DNA of 64,000 nt from Macrostomum lignano (taxonomy: Eukaryota), in NCBI GenBank assembly GCA_002269645.1, contig NIVC01003389.1, positions 36,061 to 100,060 of the forward strand. Direction: 5' to 3'. Position numbers and translations under genes: made by a program. Below the pieces are notes generated by a model, which made no database searches, had not been told where the DNA came from, and worked only from the letters and a program-made list of their open reading frames with translations. Below are positions 22,155 to 31,500 of this stretch, one piece after another (position 1 is the stretch's first letter; every line of letters begins with the position of its first letter).

Positions 22155-22537
22155 ACTACCAGCAGCTGATCCAGCAATATTCGGGGGTGAGGACAGGACA
22201 CGAAAAGCCTGCACTCTATGGCTGTGGGAGCTTTCCGGGGATCATGACATACCAGCCTCCTCCAGCGGCTACATCATCATTCTCAACGCATAGCAATGTC
22301 AGGCGGAAAAGAAATACTGAAGCAAGTCCGAAACGATTGAAGAAGAAGTACACCCGAAAGGCAACTGGTAGAGATCGCACCAATAAGAGGTGCAATGAAA
22401 GAAATCCGAGCAAGGCTAGTAGGAAAAAGCTTAAGAATAGGAAGACGAAAGCAAAGAAGAATGCAGCAGGCGGAGGAAAGCGAAAGCGAAAAGTCAGCAA
22501 GAAAACTGTGAAACGCGTGCTCGACTCTCTGTCATAG
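22151..22537 (+). CDS. Small, highly basic putative virion core/DNA-condensing protein
   Basis: ATG overlaps the upstream TGA (ATGA). K/R-rich C-terminal half. LYGCG fits the adenain consensus. Located between mCP and MCP. Confidence 0.65.
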   Translation: MNYQQLIQQYSGVRTGHEKPALYGCGSFPGIMTYQPPPAATSSFSTHSNVRRKRNTEASPKRLKKKYTRKATGRDRTNKRCNERNPSKASRKKLKNRKTKAKKNAAGGGKRKRKVSKKTVKRVLDSLS

Positions 22538-22539
22538 AC

Positions 22540-23820
22540 ATGGCTTACGGATTCAATCCCAGACTTGATTTATTTAAGACGCCTGTTCTACAAACCTGCA
22601 TTGAAAAAGCTACTTATGTTGATATTCACCCAGTAAATTCCATTACTGCAAACTCCCCCATTGAATTTGACTGCCACCAATCTGCCGATGAATACACTGA
22701 TTTGCTTAATTCTTTTCTTTATATTCGCTGCCGCCTTGTGAGACTGGATGGGGGTTTGCTGAGGGAGGATGTTCGAGATGGAGATGGCATCATCACCGAG
22801 CGCAGAGACAGTGATGTGCACCCAGAAAACTTTGTTTTGTCTACAGCCTTCTCAGATGTAATTGTGAGCATTAACCAGCGAGTGGTGTCTGGTGGAGACC
22901 AGCTCTATCCCTACCATGCGTACTTCAAAGCACTAATGAGCTCATCTGATGCCCAGCAACTAAAACTTTACCCTGCTGGCTTCCTGGAGCCGAACTCGGC
23001 AGCTGAAGAGCACACGGAGAGCCACAGGGAATCCCGATGGATGGAGTATGCAGGGCCGCTCTTCAGCGATGTTTTCCAGTGCCCAGTGTTTCTGCTAAAC
23101 AATCTGCACTTGCACATCAAACTGGTGCCCAGCGATGGGGCCTTTGCCATCAGAAGCCCGAATGCAAACAACGCGGCATACCGCATGGAAATCTCTCACT
23201 GCATTTTGCATCTTCGCCGAGTCAAAGTGGTGCCCCACATCAGCCTGGCCCACGAGCAGGGGCTGACAAACCAAAATGCACTGTATCCCATCGAGCGAAC
23301 TGAAATGCAGAACTTCATCCTACCCCAGGGCATTCAATCTAAAAACATTGAAGGATTCACTCATGGAAAATTGCCGAAGTTCATCATGCTGGCCTTCGTG
23401 AGCCACCGTGCATTCAACGGTCATCATCACGCGAGCCCGTTCCAGTTCCAGAGCTTCAACCTTAGCCGGTTGGCTCTAAAGAAAGGTGGGGAAACCGTGT
23501 GCCACGGTGCCTTCACACCTGAAAACAATTCCTTCGTAAGAGAATACTTGCACTACCTGAAAAGCTGTCAATCTGCAAGCCTCACAAATTCGGTTCCGTG
23601 GATCCCTTACCAGCTCTTCTCCAACAACAGCACGGTGTTTGCATTCGATCTCACACCCGAGGGAGCGGCTCTGTGGTACGGACAGAAGGAGGGCAACCTG
23701 CGGCTGGAGATTCGCTTCCACAGGCACTGAATGAAGCGGTGTCCTGATCGTCTGTGCCTGTATGACTCGCTGATTGAGGTCACCAAGCACCGGGAGCTTT
23801 TGCTGGACTATTCCTCTTAA
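22540..23820 (+). CDS. Major capsid protein (double jelly-roll, PY/hexon-like); C-terminus broken by three 1-nt deletions
   Basis: RLDLFKTPVLQTCIE..YVDIHP..SPIEF..EYTDL, FQFQSFNL and VFAFDLTP..GNLRLEIRF. Frame-corrected tail QALNEAV-LIVCA-YDSLIEVTKHRELLLDYSS* ends at TAA 23818-23820. Confidence 0.88.
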
Positions 23821-23825
23821 TTGGC

Positions 23826-24335
23826 ATGGACGCAATTCAACTACTCCATCTCGCCAGAAAATTTTTGTCTTGCCGAAAATTTCTCATCATTACTTTACAT
23901 TCACGCTATAAAAATGTATTGTCTTTGAGTCTAAAAAGAAAATATCGATCAATTCCCTTTGAAAACAAGTTTGTGTTTGTCCTACTACAGCACAATGGCT
24001 CATTTGGTCACTGGGTGGTGTGCTATGCTGGGCAAGGAAATTGCATTGAGCTGTTCAACTCCCTCGGCTGGGAACCTGAAATTTTATCTGTGGTTTATAA
24101 TTTGTTTCGAGAGATTAAAACAACTGGCTTTTGGCTCCGAAGCAATATAAACAGATTTCAATGTGCTAACTCTAATAAATGCGGAGTGTTTTGCATCTAT
24201 TTTGCTTATCAAAAGTTGCTGATCAATCGGTCATTTGAGGGTATTTTAAAGAGTTTGCACTCTAATGAAAAAAATCATTTGAATGATAGAATCTTACAGA
24301 GGTTTGAAGCCAACTTAAGAAAAAGATGTCCGTGA
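23826..24335 (+). CDS. Adenain/Ulp1-like cysteine maturation protease (PRO)
   Basis: GHWV (His), ELFNSLG (usual FDS motif, here Asn) and FQ..SNKCGVFC (Gln, Cys). Confidence 0.85.
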   Translation: MDAIQLLHLARKFLSCRKFLIITLHSRYKNVLSLSLKRKYRSIPFENKFVFVLLQHNGSFGHWVVCYAGQGNCIELFNSLGWEPEILSVVYNLFREIKTTGFWLRSNINRFQCANSNKCGVFCIYFAYQKLLINRSFEGILKSLHSNEKNHLNDRILQRFEANLRKRCP

Positions 24336-24358
24336 TTTCTAATATTTATGCATTAGAC

Positions 24359-25004
24359 ATGGGAGAAAAGCGAGTTTGCTACGATATCCGCCTCAGGCAG
24401 GGAAGCTGCATGATTGTCTGCGGGCCCACCAATGCAGGAAAAACAACCTTTGTCAAACACCTGATCCAGTACAGAGACGTCATGTTTGATGTGAAGCCTG
24501 GCAGAGTTCTGTGGTACTATGGGATCTCACAGGCAGGCCATGCAGAACTGAGCAGCCTAGGTGTGCAGCTGCGCCAGGGATTTCCCACCAACATCGAGGC
24601 AGCACTTAGGCCCAATGACCTGGTTGTTTTCGATGACTTAATAGAGGAAACTTCAAATCTGCTTCAATGCGAAATTTTTTCACAGGAATCGCACATCACT
24701 TGCCGTGCTTTTGGTGATGCTGACTCAGAATATATTTTTCAAGGGAAAAGAGTCGCGAACAATGAGCTTGAATGTAATGTATTTAGCTATCTTGAAAAAC
24801 CCCCGAGACCAGCTGCAGATTGCAGCACTGGGCAGGCAGTGCTTTACAGAGAAGCCCGGCTTTCTGCTGTCAGTGTTCAAGCACGTGACCGCGCAGAACA
24901 GGGGAGCCTACCTGTTCCTAGACTTTCACCCATCAACTCCCGATGAGCTGCGAGTGCGGGCCAGAATTTTGCCCAACCAGCGACCCCATCTTGTATTTGC
25001 TTAA
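24359..25004 (+). CDS. A32/FtsK-like genome-packaging ATPase, two frameshifts at ~24675-24705
   Basis: Walker A GPTNAGKT, Walker B LVVFDD, then FTGIAHH, MLTQNIF, KNPRD and YLFLDFHP in successive frames. Confidence 0.9.
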
Positions 25005-25046
25005 GAAAGTGAAGCTTGTTTTTTATCGGCTATTGTTTTCATCGCT

Positions 25047-25382
25047 ATGGAAGTGCTTGATTCACATGCAAGTCTGTTTGCGGTTCTTGCGTCACCTAAA
25101 TATACCGTGCGCTTCAAGCGGCTGTTGATAAAAAATTGTCCAAAAGAAGTGCGTTATTTTCTTGTCGAGGCCTGCCATAATCTCTTACAAAACAATTTAT
25201 CGTTTTTGATCAATGAAAAAGCTGTTCTTGCAAAGTCAAAAGAGATAATTCGAAAATTACTCAGCAAGAAGAAAGACAGACTTGTTAAGGCTGGCTTCAT
25301 TAAAATACTCCCGATTCTGCTTAAGCTGGTAAAGAAGAAGAAGCAAAATGAACAAATTTTCAGAAATGGTTCTGATTCCTAA
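25047..25382 (+). CDS. Conserved small basic Polinton protein (amphipathic, possibly membrane-active)
   Basis: EACHNLLQNN..L..IIRKL..AGFIKILPILL resembles the recurrent Polinton EC..N.L.GN...GGFL..LL.PIL small ORF. Recognised by eye only. Confidence 0.6.
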   Translation: MEVLDSHASLFAVLASPKYTVRFKRLLIKNCPKEVRYFLVEACHNLLQNNLSFLINEKAVLAKSKEIIRKLLSKKKDRLVKAGFIKILPILLKLVKKKKQNEQIFRNGSDS

Positions 25383-26039
25383 AGCAGAGTATGAGATGTT
25401 GATGCAGAATTTGAAGCCAAATGAGACTAGCACTGACGCTGACTTGAAGCAGGCTCAGAAGAAATGCGATGACATCTTGTATGCCGAGGATTATCCAGAA
25501 GATGTGAAAACCGCCATGTATCAAAGTGCAATGCAAAGTTTGCTGGCCAAGCGCAAGCACGCTGGAAAAGAAGGATCACGAAATACTGAAGCCAAGTTGA
25601 TGAAAACAGAGACACCACAGATGAGCACCTGGGAAGAGAAGATCAGCAAGTCGGTGCCACAGAAATTCAAAACCAGGGCTCGCAGTCTATGGACGATCCT
25701 GTCCACCAATCCAGAGCTGATTAGATTTTGTGAAAACGGAGAGGTGGAAATCGCAGGCACGTCAATCCCTTCCTCAAACATACTGGACTTGATTCAGCAC
25801 GCAGTGAGGGATTCGCATGTGAGCGTGAACCAGTTGGGTGGAACGAGTTCATCGATTTGCTGCAGCAGAAAAAGCTTAATGTTCCGCTTTCCGCTATTGG
25901 TAAATCAGTTAAGAAGAAAATGGCAACCAGCAGAGGGAGTGAACTGGAGAAAGAACAGGCGAGTCTAGTCAAGGGGTACGGGAGCAACACAGCCTGGCTG
26001 AAACTGCCTGGCAGAAAAGTATATAAGAAGGCTGACTGA
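25348..26039 (+). CDS. Conserved Polinton uncharacterised protein, one frameshift at ~25837
   Basis: NGEVEIAGTSIPSSNILDLI..[G]WNEFIDLL..NVPLSAIG matches the recurrent Polinton GE...G..I.GSNI.DL..GW..F...NVP...GN motif. Joining needs one extra base in a G run. Confidence 0.7.
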
Positions 26040-26067
26040 CTCCGAAATTTCGAGGGAAAGCTGCATC

Positions 26068-26500
26068 ATGAACTACATTGACTTCCAAGGATTCCCGTGC
26101 AACAGCACAAGCAAAAAATTTGTTGTGAAGGAGTTGGCAGTTGTTCAAGTCAGAGCGGGAAGCTACCGCATTGCTCACCATGTGTACGCACCTCCGTATC
26201 CATGGGAGAGAGTCTCACCTGACATGCGAGTTTGCTACAGACAGCTATCAAAGAGTCTGCACCAGTTTAAGTGGAATGATGGAACCCGTCCGTACATGGA
26301 ACTGGCGGAAGACATTCTGAGCATTGCCAGTGGTCCGATCTGGACAAATGGGGAAAGGAAGTCTATTTTCCTGACTGAGCTGCTTGGTAGACAAGTTTAT
26401 AACCTAGAAGATTTGGGAGCACCCTCGACTGAAGATTCAGATACTGGCTGTGCAGTGAGAAATTCGTTGCTGCACTACAGTTGGCTTAAGCCAAAGTTCT
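26068..26500 (+). CDS. Conserved Polinton protein with DnaQ/DEDD-like fold (PZ-like); 3' end uncertain
   Basis: IDFQGF..KELA..PPYPW..H..W.DG..Y..G..K..NLEDLG..CA..N pattern, recurrent in Polintons. Confidence 0.65.
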
Positions 26501-26587
26501 GCATCAACTTAAGAAGCGAGCAGTGTCCGTGGCACACAAGCAGTAAAGTTGGCAGAAGCAGATTTGCTGAAGAAGTTGACGATCGAA

Positions 26588-27177
26588 ATGAGCCTACCAG
26601 CTACAGCCCTAAGAGTGACCAATCTGGTTGGCGGAGTAGATCTGAGGCTGGATGGTGGCAGGGGCGCTCAGCTACCTCTACGGGAACTGGCTCTCAGCAT
26701 GGCTCATGTGATCTACCGGGCCGTCTGGCCCCGGGTGCTCATCAAGCGGATGCGAAGTCCCAGAGTGACTCTGCTACTCTACCCTACTGGGCAACTGAGC
26801 ATCTGCGGTGCCAAGACCCACGCAGACGCCAAAAGGGCTGCCCGTCGCTTCGTGGCTATGCTGCATCGGAGAGTGCCGCTCAACTGCTGCCTCCTCAAGC
26901 CATTTGTGTTCGGATTAAAACTATAACTGCTCATGGTAAATTTAACTTCTGCAATGCTTTGTCCCTCACAAATCTTGCTGCCTCTGGCATACTGTCTTAC
27001 GCTGAGTATGAGCCCGAGTCGTTCTCTGCTCTAATTTCTACATTACGTTATTGTAAATGCTTGTTATTTCATACTGGTTCTTTTGTTCTTAGTGGAGCAA
27101 AATCTATGAGCATGTTGCGCTTCGACCTTTCTACGTTGCATAGTTTAATCAGCCAGTTTATCACCTATCAAAAATAA
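26588..27177 (+). CDS. TATA-binding-protein (TBP)-like protein with both saddle repeats, one frameshift at ~26900
   Basis: Repeat 1, frame of 26549: TNLVGGVDL..LPLRELAL..RMRSPRVTLLLYPTGQLSICGAKTHADAKRAARRF ~ TBP [52 protein letters not shown]. Repeat 2, frame of 26068: YEPESFSALI..LLFHTGSFVLSGAK ~ YEPELFPGLI..LIFVSGKVVLTGAK. Confidence 0.85.
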
Positions 27178-27178
27178 A
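27173..27178 (+). terminator. Candidate poly(A) signal closing the rightward Polinton gene cluster
   Basis: AATAAA overlaps the TBP-like stop and is followed by a T/GT-rich tract. Confidence 0.4.
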
Positions 27179-27906
27179 CAAAAAGTGTGTTCCGTTTGTT
27201 CTTGAATGTTTGCGTAAATTCGTTACGGAAAACGGCATCTTTAAATTATTGATTTTTATTTTAAAAAATAAGTTTTAACTAAAAAATTAAAGGTGAAATG
27301 AGCATAGAATAATTGAAAACTGGGAGCTAAAACGTGTAATCAGATCTCTCCCCTCACAAAAACAGAAAGAGGGCATAGAACCCATTCCAAAAAGGTTCTG
27401 CCAAAAGCGAAATTGCTTAGATTGATACACGTGAATGAAGAAATTAATTAATCAAACTCGACTGACACTCATACATGTAACTGGACCGCAAAATTACTAG
27501 TATAGGCAAGAAATTTCAACAAAAGCAATGCAAAGAAATGTTTTAGCATCATGTTAAAAAAGTAATAAATGAACATAAAACCCAGCAATAAAAATTTCAA
27601 CACATTAAATTTACTGACTTTGCAATTTAATATTACGAGTAGAAATCGTGCAGTTACAAGGTACTGAAATAAAATTACTAATAAATTAATAGCTAGCATT
27701 AAGACTTCAGACAAAAAGTTCAAAAAGACACTAAAATTATGGTGAAACAGGAGAGGCAAATTGCTGCAACTACTTCTATCTGAGATAGCAAAATTGAGAC
27801 AGCATATAATTTAAACGGATAAAGGCGAGTATATGTTTGAAGAAATCAAAGACTAAATATTCAGAATAAAATGTGTAGAGGCCGTGTGATAAAAAGTTAT
27901 ACTCAG

Positions 27907-28215
27907 TCACTTATTAAATTCGTGGCGCCGCTTTCGGGAGGCTGTAGCATTCACGTGCTGTTGCAGCTGCGACGACTCCGGATGAAGAAGTTGGAAATGG
28001 CCAAACGGGAGACTGTAGTTCGGTGCCAGCCAAGCGCGCTTGTCCTCCCAAATGCTTAAGGCACACTTTCGCTGCTGCAGCGTGAATAGCCTGTGTTGGA
28101 TGCTAGCGATCCTGTGGATGATGACGAACATACTACTCAGATCATTGAAGACTCTCAAGTAATCACTATGCGCAATCTCCTTCTTGACGACACATCCTTG
28201 AATGCCTTTGGCTTT
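27907..28215 (-). CDS. polB: Detached C-terminal segment of pPolB
   Basis: KAKGIQ..VVKKEIAHSDY...HRLFTLQQRKCALSIWEDKR..SLPFGH is the typical Polinton pPolB C-terminus. Confidence 0.85.
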   Translation of the reverse strand, partial: KAKGIQGCVVKKEIAHSDYLRVFNDLSSMFVIIHRIASIQHRLFTLQQRKCALSIWEDKRAWLAPNYSLPFGHFQLLHPESSQLQQHVNATASRKRRHEFNK

Positions 28216-28413
28216 AAATAAAGGTAAATATCAACATGAAGTATTATTTGAGTTGCCGATGCATTTCGTCCATTTGCATTAGGACATCGTCAGGGTCTTT
28301 TTATTGAGAAACAATTTGAACGAATATTCAGTATATATAGATAGTTGAGAGTAACAAGAGTAGTTGAATTGAGTTTTTAATTGATGGTTTAAAACTTGTA
28401 CATAGTAATCAAT

Positions 28414-28546
28414 TTTTGATACAGTATTGGTTGGGTAAAGTGCATATCAGTTTCAAGCCAGTCCGGTCATTGACAATGGTCATTGACCATTGACTTGACT
28501 GGTCATTGACTGATATGCACTTTACCCAACCAATACTGTATCAAAA
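28414..28546. mobile_element. MITE-like foldback insertion with 38-bp perfect inverted repeats, interrupting polB
   Basis: 28414-28451 is the exact reverse complement of 28509-28546. The 57-nt spacer has three GGTCATTGAC copies. Confidence 0.65.
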
Positions 28547-31500
28547 GGAGCTCCAGCTCCTTCGTCCTTGATGCAACCGAGGCGAGCTTTCAATTCATTT
28601 GAGAACAGCGGGTGCTCAGGTGAATAGTTGGAAGTGTCAAGGAGTTTCTTTGCTTTTAGCAGTGGAAGAACTTCCGACTGCACATCCATATTCTGAATGC
28701 AAAGAAAGAGCGAGTCGGTGTCTCCACCACAGAGCCGAACACGGGCACCCTCTTGCTCAAGCCAAGGCTTCAATTTGTCGTAGAATAACTCGTACATGAT
28801 TAGCTTCGAATAGTCAAGAACACACTGGCCAATAAAAATCGGACGATCAAGCTTGACCTTAGTCTTCTGGAATTCAATTATGCTCAGTGAGTCGGTAATT
28901 ATGATAAAGTTCTTAATGGATGGTTTTGAAGCCAGCACCTTTGCTTTTGCAGTGTTGGTGCAAATCCGAATGTCACGTCGCTTACGCACGTTTTCCATTG
29001 TTTTTCCGAAGAGTGCATTGTTTTTTAGTTTGTAGTAGTCTTTCTCGAAGCTGTTTGTCGCAGCAGCTCTTTTCACGCTGTTCATGTTAACATAGTCAGC
29101 AAATATCGGCTCCTGTTTGTACTCAATCATTCGATTAATTCGTTTGATTTTCATTCCATGGCTCAAGTAGAACGCCAAGATAGCCGAATGAAGCACATAA
29201 CTCTGCTTGTCATGGCAGGTGAGCAGAAGTTTTTCTGCCGAACGATAGGCTGCTTTGTCTCCAGTAATCTGCCTCCAAAGCTGTCGCATGTAGGCAGGAA
29301 ATTCTTTGAATTTTGGTGCTTCTTTTTCTGGTGCAAAAGGCAAATCTTCAGTGGTGGAATGTATCTCTGCTGGATATAGAAGATCGACATCGAGCAGATA
29401 AGCAATTGGATCTGAGATTTTGAGCCCTCGGATACGATCCTCGGTCCACAGCTGTAGCTCATCTTCGGAAAGCCAGCGAAATCCATTTGCAGGCAAGTTC
29501 ATGGTAAGAGCTTGACCGTAAAGGTTGTTAGCATCTACTGCTAGAAGCTCGGTAGGAACAGCTTGATCAGCGCCCTCGTCGTGACAGTCATCATCATCAT
29601 CATCATCATTGTCATTGCAGATAGTCTGATTGTCAGCTGCTTCCAAATTTTTTCTAATATCTGGAGAGTTGGCTGACACTCTGTGTATGTTCACAAATGA
29701 CATGCCACCGCGAATACCGCGCTCGAATGTTGCATACATTTGCGAATCCGTAATCAGCTCGATTCTGGATTTGAGAGACTTCAGTGCTGAAGCAAAAGAT
29801 AATCCCGGGGTTGAAACGAAATGCACCGGATCAAGGCCATCATCACGAAGGCTGAGCCTGCGAAAATTTTCAAAGACATCGGCGAGCTGCCGAATGTCAA
29901 GCTCAAGGTAGCATAGCATGTACTCTTTCAGCGTTTTAACTTGGAATTCGTGCCATGCTTTCTGTGCATGCCTGTAATCCTCATCACTGCAGTGGCTTTT
30001 AGTCAGAACGTTGTAGAATTGTTCTTTACTAGGCAGCTCGGTATCCTCAAGGACATTTGAATTGGTTAAGTAGTCGTACGGAAAAGTGCATTTTCTGAAT
30101 AAAACTTCTGGAGACAACAGTGGAAACTTACTTTTTAGCAGGCTAGTGATGGTGCACTCTTCTTCTGGCAGGTTCTTGATCAGCTGAGCCAAGCTGGCGT
30201 TGAGAAATTGGTTAGAATCAATGAATTGAATGGTAAAGAACAATGGCTTAGTCTTTCCTCCCCTCTCGTACTCATCGATTTTGAAGTCAACTTTCATTGA
30301 AACAAACTGCTCAGGATTCTGTGGAATAACCGAAATCCTCCATCCATCCATGAGATCCAAAGCCGTTGACATAATGAGATGAAGATCATAGCCTTTTAGA
30401 TTGTGGAAAACCACAGGAAGAAAACGCCTTTTTAGACGAGCCTGCATGTTGCACTGAGCACAGGCTGCACCTCGGAATTCGCCACTGAGGTGATCATGAT
30501 CCCAGTGCTTTCCGCTTTCACTATCAAAGCCGCTTCCGCAGTAGTGACACGATATAGCGTCGCGGAAGCGTTGCTTTGCAGCCTCCGTTCTAATAGCCGT
30601 CTGATGACTGAACTCCGTGTTCCAGCCATAAACCTCTCGAGCTAGCTGTTCAAGGGACTGCAAGAAGTCAGAAACACACTTTTTCGGATTTTCACTCACA
30701 AATATGTTAACATCATTGTCGACTCCTATAGGTGATAACCCTGTGAGGCCTGCTCGGTGCACCACCAAGTAACCAGCAGCAACGGCAACATGCTCTGTCA
30801 GCTTTACAGTGCTCGAACCAGCTTCAGTCTGCTGCCCTGTGTGAGGTGCATTCAATGCCTCGAAGTCGGCGTACACAATGAATGGTGGGCTGATTGTCTT
30901 TTCCCACGCCGTAAACCGAAGTACATTGTGATCTTCATCCGGAAGTTCTTCCTGTACAAAAATCCCACCAGGCTCACAGACATCTTCACAGTGCTCATCG
31001 AACGCCTTGCTAGTGTGAAATGACAGCAGACATCGCTCACACCACTTTCGCTGGTACAGGTGGGCTTTACTGTTCAACAATCTGTTGATGTTCGAGACAG
31101 CACACCAATGACCACCAGCTGAGTTCTCGTTCGTGGATGGTGGAAGAAACATCAGCAGGACAACTGTTCGTTCTCTCATGGTAGCTGCGCTTGGCTGTCG
31201 GAGGACTTCAGCAGCTTCATTCTCCCAGGTGAAAACAGTGAAGCAAAGGGTTGGATTTAATTCCTCGACAGCAGACAGATCGTACAAATTGATCGGCAGA
31301 CTCAGTCCCGTAATGTTAATCTCATCTAGCCATTCGGTGTACGAGGATTCTCGTTGAGCTGACTTCTTAATACGGCAGTGATCTTTGTGAAGAAAGGCAA
31401 GGCACGCGTAAACAAAGCAATTTTCACCGCTGCTAGGAGGAGAAATGACGGCCTTCTTTTGAAAAAGCGCAGTCGGCAAACTAAACCCAGCCGCACGCCC

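Noticed and set aside
26068-27177. The 369-aa ORF as a single genuine protein
   Set aside because: Its middle third is the off-frame reading of TBP repeat 1; only its N-terminus (PZ-like) and C-terminus (TBP repeat 2) have recognisable motifs.
28216-28546. Spliceosomal intron in polB
   Set aside because: No GT/AG pair restores the frame with the conserved segment between KDE and KAKG; that coding segment is absent.
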